Positions 52,428-61,534 of a stretch of 64,000 bases of DNA are shown here, piece by piece (within the stretch, counting starts at the first letter, position 1; every line of letters starts with the position of its first letter). The notes below the pieces were generated by a model. That model was not told where the DNA came from. It saw only the letters and a list, made by a program, of their open reading frames with translations, and did not search any database. The stretch comes from a virus: positions 1-64,000 of IMG/VR virus record IMGVR_UViG_3300045919_000305; one strand, given 5' to 3'. The translations under genes and the position numbers were made by a program.

Positions 52428-52919
52428 TCAAATAAAATTTTCATCTTCCGCGTCGATCTGGTCTTGCTTCTCTTTCGCACGACGTTTGATCAAAGCTTGC
52501 TTCAGTTCTTCGGGCAGGTTCTTTATTTCCTGTTTTAAATATTTTGACTGTCTAAACGTCATTCGAGCGCTTAAAGGACTCGTCATCATTTCGCCGGTAA
52601 ACCGATGCGGGTATACCTTCTGTTTTTTCAGCGTGGTCCTTATAGTCCCCGCGTGGGTTAGGTAAAAATCCCGCCCGTTGGCCAGCTCAAAAAATATCAA
52701 GGCGCAGAAAGCATCGAAAAAGTAAGCCGTTTCTGCGTTTGTAAAACCCGTCATCGCGCTAATGATGGCAACCGATTCTTTACGCTCCAGCTTTCCGTAA
52801 GCACTAGGCTCTTTCAGCCATGTAGTTCGCTTGGTAGACCAATGCGCCTTCGGTTTTTTAATTCGCTTCGGGCGTTCCTCGGGCGCGGGCTCTAATTCCG
52901 GTACAAAAAACTCGTCCAT
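52428..52919 (-). CDS. HU/IHF-fold DNA-binding protein with basic N-terminal extension
   Basis: GFTNAETAYFFDAFCALIFFELANGRDFYLTHAGTIRT...YPHRFTGEMMTSPLSARMTFRQSKYLKQEI aligns by eye with HU (..GD.V.L.GFGTF....R.GRNP.TGE.I.I.A..V..F..GK.LK..V). Confidence 0.55.
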   Translation of the reverse strand: MDEFFVPELEPAPEERPKRIKKPKAHWSTKRTTWLKEPSAYGKLERKESVAIISAMTGFTNAETAYFFDAFCALIFFELANGRDFYLTHAGTIRTTLKKQKVYPHRFTGEMMTSPLSARMTFRQSKYLKQEIKNLPEELKQALIKRRAKEKQDQIDAEDENFI

Positions 52920-52922
52920 AAG

Positions 52923-53225
52923 TTAACGCGCTGCTTCTTCTTGTAAAATAATCTCTTCTGCGGCTTTCCCTTCGGCAATTGCCTCATCCAGCCACTGTAA
53001 AAACATATCCGGGATTCGCGCTTTCCATTGAAGCTGCGTAATCGCCCCGTGAGCGGTCGGGTTTACCGTTACCAGCTCTTCTAACGCTGTTACCCGGCAT
53101 TGATGAGCGCGTTCAATCAGATATTGGCCGATTTTATCGTGAGTTACGAAGTGTTCAGCGTCCAAACCCAGTGATACGGCGCGCATACTCGGATCGTTAA
53201 CGTATTTTCCTGCTAAATCGACCAT
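52923..53225 (-). CDS. hypothetical protein (100 aa)
   Basis: Coupled to the portal gene. Confidence 0.5.
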   Translation of the reverse strand: MVDLAGKYVNDPSMRAVSLGLDAEHFVTHDKIGQYLIERAHQCRVTALEELVTVNPTAHGAITQLQWKARIPDMFLQWLDEAIAEGKAAEEIILQEEAAR

Positions 53226-53226
53226 T

Positions 53227-55668
53227 TTAATCTCCAGTAGTCGGTGTTTCTATACCTTTTCGGATGCCCAGTGAGCCGGTACCCGGTTTTGGCGCTAAAT
53301 TAGGGTGTGTATTGGCCACCGGAGTACTTTGAGCCACTTCAGGGGCTACTTCTTGGGGTATTTCAGGTTGCGGGGCCGCCTGTGGCGTAACCGCTTGCAC
53401 TACAGGGGCAGCATTATGGTCTACAAACCCCGCAGATTTCAATATCTCGTCACTAACCGGCGCAATTCCTGGGTTTTGGGCAACCACCGCCGCTGTTTGA
53501 GTGGCTTCGAAGGTCGCTGTAACGTTTGCTGTCACCTTATCGGCCGTCGTTTTCTCAGTTTGCGCTACAATTAAGCCTATTTTTGCCTGCATTTCTTGCA
53601 TACTGGCCTGCATTTTCTGATTTTCGAGCGCCAAACGATGATTCTCGATTTGCAATTTGCCTTGCTCGATTTCCAGTTTTCCTTGGTCGTTTTGCGCTTT
53701 TGCCTGCATTTGTGCCTGCGCGAGCTGCTGAGCAGGGTCCATCGGAGGGTTTTTCTTCATTTCTTCCACTTTCGCGAAGTCGAAGAAGCGCGTGCCGTTA
53801 TCGAAGCCTGCCGCGCCAAATATTTCCTTGGCGATTTCGTCCCCTCGGATCGCGGCACCGGCGTCCGGTACCAAACTGACCGTGGTAGCCACTGCACTTT
53901 GGATCCGTTGCATCCGTTGTGTCGGACTGACCGCTCCCATACCGACGTTAACCGATACGGAAAACGTGTAATTAAAGTACTGTGGCAAAATGCGGAGTAG
54001 CTTCGCTTTCTTAGCGGCGACTGTTAAAGCCACAGCATCGGTTTCGTACATCGCTTCCAATTGTACCAATTGCCGCAATACCGGTTCTATCCAAGTTTCT
54101 GTAAAGGTACGCAACTCCATTTCCCGAACCTGATTCGCCGCCTCATTCATCAAGTTCATGCCAGTCGCAGTTTCGTGCAACTTCCGGTTTGAATTGACGG
54201 TAGAGCCGGTAGTAGATCCGGATAGGTCGTCCATTGCCAAAGACAGACGGTCCATTTCCTGATAGCTGGATGCTGTTACATCTTGCGTAGGTAAAGGCTC
54301 TACGTGGTTGTTCAGAGGCCCCGGTGCACTGATACCGATCAAGCCGCCCGGAACGTTTCTGCTTAAAGCCCGCACGTCCACTTGGTTGCCTTGGCGATAT
54401 AAGTATCGACGGTTTAGAACCTGCCGAACATTGTCATAGCGTTGGTTGTTCAGCTCATTGACCGCTTTTTGTAAGCCGGTGGTCAGCTCAACTGGGCTGC
54501 TTGGGTACGGACGATCCGTTTCGATCTCCATTTTACCAAGGATGTAATCCCGCTTACCGCCCGCCCACGGAATGACTTGGGATAAGGGGACCGGATCCGA
54601 CAACAGCATGTTAACGCCAACCGTGTAATACAACCAGTCGATACCGTCATACCGGACAATGTTACGATGGATCCAAACGATACGAAATTCGTCTACCGTC
54701 TCCATCATGTTCGACTTCGGGTCCAAACGCCGTGAACCCGAGCGGGCCCTGCGCGTGGTATCAAGGTTGTCGCGGTTTCCGCCGGATATCAATTGGCCAA
54801 CGCCTAGGTTTTTCCAAGCCGGTTCGCCGTTTTTCGCCTCGCGGTTACTACGCAGTTTCATTTCTGTTAAAACGTCCCCTACAAACATCGGCATGAGCTC
54901 GATCAGGTAAGGGGACGAATTTGCAGGATCTAACCAATCGGCGGCAGGGGAGATCCTTATATTCTCAACTGGCACTACACGCACGTTCGGTTTGTCCTGT
55001 AAAACTCGGGTTTCGTAAATTTCAGTAATCTCGCCGGTTTCTTGGTTCTCTTCCCGCCCGACTAAGACTTCCATTTCTTTAAAGTCCCACGATTGGTGAG
55101 AAGCGATCGTTCCTAAAACGGAAGTTTCGGCGATGGCGCCTAGAACGAGTTGATACCAAGGGATTGTTTGCGAAAGCCGGTAATTAACCAAAGCCTTCAT
55201 GAGTTCTGCCGCGTCGCGTTGCTCCGAGTTGTCGGAGTCTTCGGCTTCTATGGCCACTACGTCTGAGCTGGTAAAGTAGGCGGCTGCGGCTGCGGCTTGT
55301 ATCGCACGGACTAAGGTGCGTGACTTTGGCCAAAAATAATTGGCCCGGTGTTTGTTAGTTTCCGAAAGTATCGGGGAATCGGGTGCGTGCTCAGATCGGT
55401 AATGTGCAAAGTTCCGCGCCCAGATTGCCCGTTGATTGACCTGTAGCCAAGACTCGCTGGATTCATACGCGTTACGCGCCATGCGAACCCAATCAGTCAT
55501 CTGCCCCTGGGACGTTGAATCCCCTTGCTCGGTTTTGGGTTGGTCGGCTTGCTTATTGCCTTGGCCCATCCTGTCAACAGAGTTTACGATCGGTGCAGAA
55601 ACAGCGGATGAAGGGCGGTAATCGCCACCTGCTAAAGACGGCTGAGGGTCAAGTGGAGCTAACAACAT
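53227..55668 (-). CDS. portal protein
   Basis: 813 aa, between the terminase and scaffold/capsid genes; C-terminal coiled coil. Confidence 0.75.
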   Translation of the reverse strand: MLLAPLDPQPSLAGGDYRPSSAVSAPIVNSVDRMGQGNKQADQPKTEQGDSTSQGQMTDWVRMARNAYESSESWLQVNQRAIWARNFAHYRSEHAPDSPILSETNKHRANYFWPKSRTLVRAIQAAAAAAYFTSSDVVAIEAEDSDNSEQRDAAELMKALVNYRLSQTIPWYQLVLGAIAETSVLGTIASHQSWDFKEMEVLVGREENQETGEITEIYETRVLQDKPNVRVVPVENIRISPAADWLDPANSSPYLIELMPMFVGDVLTEMKLRSNREAKNGEPAWKNLGVGQLISGGNRDNLDTTRRARSGSRRLDPKSNMMETVDEFRIVWIHRNIVRYDGIDWLYYTVGVNMLLSDPVPLSQVIPWAGGKRDYILGKMEIETDRPYPSSPVELTTGLQKAVNELNNQRYDNVRQVLNRRYLYRQGNQVDVRALSRNVPGGLIGISAPGPLNNHVEPLPTQDVTASSYQEMDRLSLAMDDLSGSTTGSTVNSNRKLHETATGMNLMNEAANQVREMELRTFTETWIEPVLRQLVQLEAMYETDAVALTVAAKKAKLLRILPQYFNYTFSVSVNVGMGAVSPTQRMQRIQSAVATTVSLVPDAGAAIRGDEIAKEIFGAAGFDNGTRFFDFAKVEEMKKNPPMDPAQQLAQAQMQAKAQNDQGKLEIEQGKLQIENHRLALENQKMQASMQEMQAKIGLIVAQTEKTTADKVTANVTATFEATQTAAVVAQNPGIAPVSDEILKSAGFVDHNAAPVVQAVTPQAAPQPEIPQEVAPEVAQSTPVANTHPNLAPKPGTGSLGIRKGIETPTTGD

Positions 55669-55678
55669 GGGCTATTCT

Positions 55679-56125
55679 CTATAAATTGTTAAACTGTTCC
55701 TTCACCTTGCTATAACCCGGATTTATTTCTGGCATTGCAGCACTGTCTGGAACAATTAGGCCGGCTGGCGTCCGTTTCAAGCCGTGTACTTCATCATGCC
55801 GGTTTCGGGTTCTGGATAAACCTAACGCTTCCAGAAATTCTCCCCCTGCCCGCATAATGCAAAACATTCTATCCCGATCCATATCGGTGTATTTCACTAA
55901 ATATACCACATCTGTTGGTACATCTTGCAAACGAATGATCAAAGCGCCGAGGACTCCGTTAACTGTTTCTGTCCATTCAAGGCCCCATTGCCAGCCCGGA
56001 TAGTGCCGTTTTAGGATCGCCATCGCCTCATTAGCGATTATTTTTTGCTCCGGTAGCCAGTCTTTCGGCATCGATTCAACGACGGGATCTTTCTCGTGTT
56101 GGACTTTTGATAGGTCTAGGGTCAT
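55679..56125 (-). CDS. hypothetical protein (148 aa)
   Basis: ORF in the packaging module. Confidence 0.5.
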   Translation of the reverse strand: MTLDLSKVQHEKDPVVESMPKDWLPEQKIIANEAMAILKRHYPGWQWGLEWTETVNGVLGALIIRLQDVPTDVVYLVKYTDMDRDRMFCIMRAGGEFLEALGLSRTRNRHDEVHGLKRTPAGLIVPDSAAMPEINPGYSKVKEQFNNL

Positions 56126-56147
56126 GGTTTCTCCAGTTAAGTTTAGT

Positions 56148-56420
56148 CTACAAACAAATTTCGTGCGCTTCGGTAGGCCCGTCGTGTATAGGGTCTACCA
56201 CTTGTCGCCAATGTGCGGGGCTTAACACTTGAACTGGTAGTCCTTCGGCTGCTAGAACTTCCCCTACCACGGCGCCGATTCCGTTAGCTGCCAAGTAAAT
56301 CCTTCGTGGGCGGCAATCGTGGCAGGCCAAATAATCCCGAATTATATTAAACGCACACCGGTCAACGGATAACGTATCCGTAGGTTGGTGCTCTAAATTG
56401 ATTTGCCAGAAAACGGACAT
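56148..56420 (-). CDS. hypothetical protein (90 aa)
   Basis: ORF in the packaging module. Confidence 0.5.
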   Translation of the reverse strand: MSVFWQINLEHQPTDTLSVDRCAFNIIRDYLACHDCRPRRIYLAANGIGAVVGEVLAAEGLPVQVLSPAHWRQVVDPIHDGPTEAHEICL

Positions 56421-56429
56421 GCGCGTGAC

Positions 56430-56672
56430 CTATGGGTTTTGAGAAATTAAATCAGGGTCAGGCAAGTGAGTGGTGTGCCCGCCTGACACTAATACCGGCT
56501 TGTCGTAAACTCCATTCGGCTGCATGTTGCTCCAAAAAGTTTTACGGTTGTTGCCAAACATGTACGTCGGATACGGTTCCTCGGGTCCTCTACGCGCCAA
56601 CTCGAGCAGTGTTTCATACTCGATGACCGTTTCAGTAACGGGGAACCACGGGGGTTGAGGAATCGTAGCCAT
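56430..56672 (-). CDS. hypothetical protein (80 aa)
   Basis: ORF in the packaging module. Confidence 0.5.
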   Translation of the reverse strand: MATIPQPPWFPVTETVIEYETLLELARRGPEEPYPTYMFGNNRKTFWSNMQPNGVYDKPVLVSGGHTTHLPDPDLISQNP

Positions 56673-56729
56673 ATCAGGTTATCCAGTAAATTTTTTCTTT
56701 TATACCACAGATAAGGGTTTAGTCCAAAA

Positions 56730-56939
56730 TCATCGATTACTTTCAAAAATGTGTTGCTCGGCTAATTTAACTAGCCAAAGCGCGTCTTTCAACCCCATCT
56801 TACTTGACCGCGTGAAAAACATACCTTCTTTATCGTAGCCGATAATTAAAACGTCTTGTAATTCCCGGTGCAAAGTATCTTGTAACGCCTGCTCCACGGT
56901 AAAATTCGCGGAGGCTTCTAATCGTATTACTTTACTCAT
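56730..56939 (-). CDS. hypothetical protein (69 aa)
   Basis: ORF in the packaging module. Confidence 0.5.
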   Translation of the reverse strand: MSKVIRLEASANFTVEQALQDTLHRELQDVLIIGYDKEGMFFTRSSKMGLKDALWLVKLAEQHIFESNR

Positions 56940-56941
56940 TT

Positions 56942-58633
56942 TTAAAACCCTAAATTCGGCACTTCAAAAAAACTATCGCCGAACTCATTGCCAAACGGTC
57001 CGCCTTGCCCACCCACTGCAGAGAAGAACCCCGCCGCTTTTGCTTGAGCGGCTTGCAAGAATGCGTCGGCGCCATTACTTTCTGGCCCGTGGCGTGGGGT
57101 TTCGCGCCAGCGTCCGAGCCGTGGATCCCACGTTTTACGGTACGCTTCCAGCCGCTTAATGCCCAACTCACAGTGCTTTTGATCAAACACACACTGTGTG
57201 AGCATAATACGGCCTTGCTGGATCGCCATAATCTTGTCCGGCGTCTTGGGCACTAGCCAAAACCGCCAGTGCGGTGCCGCGCTTTGGAACATTTCCTCCG
57301 GCGTCAGGTTTCGGTCTTGCCCTTGCCGCCTGTGGTTTGCGTCGTGCGGCAAGTAAACATATTCCAAGGTGTAGTTTAATTTGTCCGCCTCTCTCACGAA
57401 GTAAGAAAACGGTTCGCCGCTCGCCTCGATGTAATTGATCACGGCGTAATAGGTTCGGCGGGGCTGGATAAACCACATCGCCATTTCGTCCCCTTGGCCG
57501 ATATCACAGAACACGGATACAGGGAACATCGGGTCGTATGGGCAAAGTCCAATCCGTTTATCCTTACGGATTTGACTGAACTGGTCTTTAAAATACGCGC
57601 CTTCCATTGACACGGCGAAGGCTTCGTCAGGGGTAGAAGGCATTTCAGCCCACATCAATTCCTGATCACCCGAATAAGTCACGTCTCGGTACTTCACATA
57701 CCAAGCCCGTTGACTTGCCGTCAGCTCTCTGCCGATTTTTATTTCCAGATCAATAAAGTAATGTTCGTCTCGGGCAGAGATAATAACCGTACCCGGCGGC
57801 ATGACGTACGCCGGATCTTCCCACCAACCGAAGAAATGAAACTTGAAGTCCAATTTCCACAGCTCTTCTCCAGAATCCTGCATATTTCGTGCAGTCTGGA
57901 CAAGGTTGAAAAACTCCCCTTCCTGCCCTTCTGCGGTAGACTCGACGAAAATCAATCCGTCTTCCGGCACCGCCGTTATCGATCCGGTAATAATTTCCCG
58001 TGCTTTGCCGGGATCTTTCGCCGCTATCTTTCCGAATTCAGAAATGTGCAAAAACGTCGGCGTGGTTCCCCGTGCCGAAGTGCGCACTTCCACGCGGCTG
58101 CTGTTCTTAAACGCGATGCTGCTTTTCGAAGCCGTGCCTTCGAGTGAAGTCGGCTCCGCCAGTTTAAATATTTCCGGCAAGTTGTCGTAAGCGAATTTAA
58201 ACACGTCCCTGAAAATTGCTTCCGCAATCTCTCTGTCCTGCGCAATCACCACACAACTTTCGTTAGGGGAGAAAAGCGCCGTGTCCAGCATGAAGATCTG
58301 AATGAACGTTGAAAAGCCCATTTTCCGAGCTTTCAGGATTACGTTACGTGTGTGAAAGTTTCGTAAGAGCTTTATTTGTGCCACGTTCGGCTTGAACGTG
58401 ATCACCCGTTTCTTCTTGTCAACGATCTTGTACAGGTGCGACATTCGCCATACAGGGTCGCCCATGTTTTCGGCTAAGTCGTCAACAGTAAAATCAAAAT
58501 GGCTGAGGTCAATCTTTGGCTTAGGCAGCGGCTGGGTCTGCGGTTCCTGCAGAGTAGTCGTGCCTGTGGGTCGGCCTTTCTTTTTGGGCGCGGATACCGT
58601 GGAGTGAATCGAATTCGCTTTATAACTACTCAT
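56942..58633 (-). CDS. terL: terminase large subunit
   Basis: VILKARKMGFSTFIQIFMLD ATPase start typical of T7/N4-type TerL, 563 aa, follows the small subunit gene. Confidence 0.85.
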   Translation of the reverse strand: MSSYKANSIHSTVSAPKKKGRPTGTTTLQEPQTQPLPKPKIDLSHFDFTVDDLAENMGDPVWRMSHLYKIVDKKKRVITFKPNVAQIKLLRNFHTRNVILKARKMGFSTFIQIFMLDTALFSPNESCVVIAQDREIAEAIFRDVFKFAYDNLPEIFKLAEPTSLEGTASKSSIAFKNSSRVEVRTSARGTTPTFLHISEFGKIAAKDPGKAREIITGSITAVPEDGLIFVESTAEGQEGEFFNLVQTARNMQDSGEELWKLDFKFHFFGWWEDPAYVMPPGTVIISARDEHYFIDLEIKIGRELTASQRAWYVKYRDVTYSGDQELMWAEMPSTPDEAFAVSMEGAYFKDQFSQIRKDKRIGLCPYDPMFPVSVFCDIGQGDEMAMWFIQPRRTYYAVINYIEASGEPFSYFVREADKLNYTLEYVYLPHDANHRRQGQDRNLTPEEMFQSAAPHWRFWLVPKTPDKIMAIQQGRIMLTQCVFDQKHCELGIKRLEAYRKTWDPRLGRWRETPRHGPESNGADAFLQAAQAKAAGFFSAVGGQGGPFGNEFGDSFFEVPNLGF

Positions 58634-58857
58634 TCAATGGGTATTCCCGGTAGTCCGAGATTAATGAGCGCTTGATCGAGCCCGCAGTGGCACGCTTGGT
58701 GAAAGCGGCAGCGCCAAGACTCGTGCCGGGTAAACTCTTCGATGAATTCTTCCAGTTGCGTATTTCGCGCTCGGGCTTCTTCCAATTGCGTCATGATTTC
58801 CCGCACGTTAAATACATGCACAAGTTGCGGCGCTTCGGGTGGGTATGGGTCGCTCAT
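58630..58857 (-). CDS. hypothetical protein (75 aa)
   Basis: ATGA-type coupling to both terminase genes. Confidence 0.5.
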   Translation of the reverse strand: MSDPYPPEAPQLVHVFNVREIMTQLEEARARNTQLEEFIEEFTRHESWRCRFHQACHCGLDQALINLGLPGIPIE

Positions 58858-59537
58858 ATGAAATCTTCATCCTCTTCATCAAGTTGCGCTTGGGTAAGTT
58901 CTTGAGTCAATTCCTCTGTGAACTCCGCATACTCGGCATCTTCGATTGATTGAGCCGTTTCCGGCATCGACTTCCCTTCCAGGGCAGGCCGTAAAACTTT
59001 CCCCTGTAGTGCAAGTAACAATTGTGACAAAGTGTCCCCTGTCTCCATTGTCTGCGTCGATTGGGTCTTCTCCGCCCAGCCGTGGTTGTTCTTCAAATCA
59101 AAAATAACCCCTGACGTTTGCGTTCCGCCCTTCAACAACAACTCGTTTTTCCATTCTTCTACGCGGGTGCGTGCCACTTCCACGACGTGTGCGTAATCGT
59201 CCCCTTTGTCCTCATACGCTTTCAACGACTTGGTGCTTTTAAAACCCAGCGCTAAAGCAAGGCCGGCGAGTGTGGGCGGGCGTTTCTCTTCTTCGATGCG
59301 AATAAAGTAAGCGTCGATAGCGAACTCCATTGCTTCCGCCGATTGATACATGGGGTAAAAACCTAGTTGCGCTTTATATGCCGGAGAGTCTTTCATCCCT
59401 GGGCCTCCAATCGTTCGTACCTTGGGGCGTAACCCTGTGTCCTTCGCGCTCACTTTCTTCCGTGGCGGTGGGAACATGTGGAGGTCTTCGCCGGTCTTTT
59501 TGTTCTTGCTGTAAAATTCAGATCTGAAATCACTCAT
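58854..59537 (-). CDS. terS: terminase small subunit
   Basis: PPTLAGLALALGFKSTKSLKAYE ... GVIFDLKNNHGWAEK is the small-terminase pattern; ATG 59537 preferred over the TTG 59597 track start, which coincides with a -35 box. Confidence 0.7.
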   Translation of the reverse strand: MSDFRSEFYSKNKKTGEDLHMFPPPRKKVSAKDTGLRPKVRTIGGPGMKDSPAYKAQLGFYPMYQSAEAMEFAIDAYFIRIEEEKRPPTLAGLALALGFKSTKSLKAYEDKGDDYAHVVEVARTRVEEWKNELLLKGGTQTSGVIFDLKNNHGWAEKTQSTQTMETGDTLSQLLLALQGKVLRPALEGKSMPETAQSIEDAEYAEFTEELTQELTQAQLDEEDEDFI

Positions 59538-59568
59538 ATGCTTGGACGTGGACGGACAAGTTAATTTC

Positions 59569-59597
59569 AGGATAGAGCAACCGCTCGGCTTTGTCAA
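59569..59597 (-). promoter_or_regulatory. sigma70-type promoter in front of the late/packaging operon
   Basis: Minus strand TTGACA (59597-59592), 17-nt spacer, TATCCT (59574-59569). Confidence 0.45.
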
Positions 59598-59608
59598 GAT
59601 TGGGGAAA

Positions 59609-59683
59609 TGGTCGGAATAGCAGGATTCGAACTGGCGATCCTTGCTCTACCGAGCCGCTATCACCAAACTGAGCTACATTCCG
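59609..59683 (-). tRNA. tRNA-like element, non-canonical (possibly a scrambled or pseudo tRNA)
   Basis: 7-bp acceptor stem CGGAATG/TATTCCG with encoded ACCA, D-arm-like GCTCAGTTTGG, T-loop GTTCGAATCC. I could not fold a 7-nt anticodon loop arm, and the T-stem has two mismatches. Confidence 0.45.
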
Positions 59684-59893
59684 AAACGTTTTGAAAAATA
59701 ACCCTCCCACGACGAACCTGGAGAAATCCGACGAAGGAGGGGTGGCAAGTACGTCCGGCTCAAGGACACCACGGTTTAAGAATAGCTGACTGAGGGCCTT
59801 TTGGCAAAAATATTTTTTATATTTTTTCAGAAAGCTTTATACGGAAAGAGGGGTGGGGTTGATATCCGTAAGTTTTACGGGGCGTACGGGTTG

Positions 59894-59957
59894 CGGGTTT
59901 CTTTTCTCACTAAGCTAATAGCAGGTTTCGGGTTTCTTTTCTCACTAAGCTAATAGC
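59894..59957. repeat. tandem direct repeat, 2 x 29 identical nt at 35-bp period
   Basis: CGGGTTTCTTTTCTCACTAAGCTAATAGC at 59894-59922 and 59929-59957. Confidence 0.9.
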
Positions 59958-60131
59958 TGATAGCATGTGACCTACTGCTCTCAAAAAACTTTTTGCAATA
60001 TTTCTGGGGGATGCCAGGGGTAGTCAGTGCTCAAACGGCTGGTAGAAAGCCGATGGTAGTACCCACCTATCCCCACCCTCATAAAATCAAACTCGTCCGT
60101 GAAACGGACTCCTTATTCAAAATCTAATAAA

Positions 60132-60728
60132 CTACTTCCTTATTCGAGCGAAGCGAGTCGATTTATTTTTGCGTTTAGCTGCCAGTTCTTTGCCGGTCAT
60201 TGTTCCCTTATTCAATGTCCCCTTCTCTATTGCACAGTTAAGCCTTTCAATCTCGCCGTTTTCGGTCCATGTATCCAAAATTTCCCCCTTATAAGCGGAT
60301 AGTTTTTCGCTGTATGCGCTTTTTCTTAGCTTTTCGACCATACTGGCCGCGGTCCGCTCTTCTTTTTCCGGTACGTTCGGAGCCGTTTCGCCGTTTCGCT
60401 TGGTTTTCTTGCTATTTGCTATTAGCCAATTGATAAAAGCGTGTAGTTGTTCCCTACCTTTTGGTGTTTTCTTCTCGGTTTGGCTGTTTAACGCCTTTTT
60501 AAATAAGTTCATCGCTACCGGCGCGGCGGGGATTTTCCAAATAGAGACGGAAGCGCCATTTTTAGCCCGTTTTATTTCTGTTTTGATCCAGCAATCAGCA
60601 AAACCACGGAGTTTATAAGCCTGGATAAGCGCGCGTCGTGTCTTCCAATCATGCGTAAAGATGAAAGCTAACCGATAGGCGCGCTTTTTAGGCTCTTTTT
60701 TAACGGTTGAATACTTTATAGTTGCCAT
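60132..60728 (-). CDS. basic 198-aa protein, unknown function
   Basis: Lys/Arg-rich; isolated minus-strand gene facing the repeat-rich control region; weak hairpin GTCCG-N5-CGGAC downstream. Confidence 0.55.
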   Translation of the reverse strand: MATIKYSTVKKEPKKRAYRLAFIFTHDWKTRRALIQAYKLRGFADCWIKTEIKRAKNGASVSIWKIPAAPVAMNLFKKALNSQTEKKTPKGREQLHAFINWLIANSKKTKRNGETAPNVPEKEERTAASMVEKLRKSAYSEKLSAYKGEILDTWTENGEIERLNCAIEKGTLNKGTMTGKELAAKRKNKSTRFARIRK

Positions 60729-60866
60729 TTTTAAGAAGAAAAAAGGGAAGCCGGAGCCCTAAAACAATGAAACTTCAACGCTAAACTATACCATTAAAAC
60801 GGTAATCGTTTTAAGAAAGCGTAAAAAACACACGCGCGGAACGCTAAAAGAAAATAGAAAAGAGCT

Positions 60867-60982
60867 ACTCGCAAAAAATACGACTACTCAAAACACCTTA
60901 AAACTAACTCGCAAAATTTGCGACTAGCTACACGATAATAAAAAAGACTGCCAAGTGTACTAACTCGCAAAAAATACGGCTA
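60867..60982. repeat. three 20-bp direct repeats ACTCGCAAAA[AA/TT]T[A/G]CG[A/G]CTA
   Basis: Copies at 60867-60886, 60907-60926 (contains palindrome TCGCAAA-A-TTTGCGA), 60963-60982. Confidence 0.85.
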
Positions 60983-61023
60983 CAAATAGCCTTAATTTTG
61001 CCAAGTCAACGAGTTTGAGCGCG

Positions 61024-61445
61024 CTGTCCTTGGGTCTGTCCTTGGGTTGTCCTGCACTGGTGGACACAAAAAACCGTCATAAGTCTTTGTTTTTCTTTCT
61101 TTATTTTTACTGTCCATGACTGTCCATAGAATATAAAGACATTATACATATATAGAAAAATAAGAAGAATATAAACAATAGGCCATATATAGCAATTGAC
61201 ATATGTATAGGCCACATTAATACACACATAGTATAAATATATTAGTTGTAAGTATATCAATTTTGGGGGGGGGGGGTGGACAGGGTTAAAAAAAGCCTGT
61301 TTTCCCCTTATAAATCAAGTAGTTGCAAGCTGTCCATACCTGTAGGACGGGGGGACATGGACAAAAAAAATCGCGCGTAAGTCATTGAAATATAAGAGGG
61401 TTTCGACTCGCTACTATTGTCCATGCAATTGCTACTCATGGACAA
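61024..61445. repeat. iteron-like array of TGTCC(AT) / (AT)GGACA sites around an AT-rich block
   Basis: TGTCC at 61025, 61037, 61048, 61111, 61121, 61331, 61418. GGACA at 61062, 61278, 61357-63, 61437-44. Includes the inverted pair TTGTCCATG-N11-CATGGACAA. Confidence 0.8.
61265..61276. repeat. G12 homopolymer
   Basis: Twelve consecutive G counted, directly followed by TGGACAG. Confidence 0.95.
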
Positions 61446-61534
61446 AACCCCGTTTTTTTTGCGACTTGAACCAAAAAAAGAGCAAAAAACAAGGTAAAAC
61501 CTATTGATTAAGCTAAAACAATAGAAAAAAGCAC

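Noticed and set aside
59569-59700. Interpretation of the tRNA-like element as a prophage attachment junction
   Set aside because: No integrase or excisionase is adjacent; the neighbouring gene is the small terminase. The flanking 60-64 kb region has the same promoter style and gene density as the early region, so it looks like the same replicon. This cannot be excluded without the rest of the genome.
59786-59810. Hammerhead-ribozyme-like string CTGACTGAG-GGCC-TTTT-GGC-AAAAA
   Set aside because: The core has an extra nucleotide (CUGACUGAG instead of CUGA-N-GA), stem II is only 3-4 bp and the GAAA/cleavage-site half is missing.
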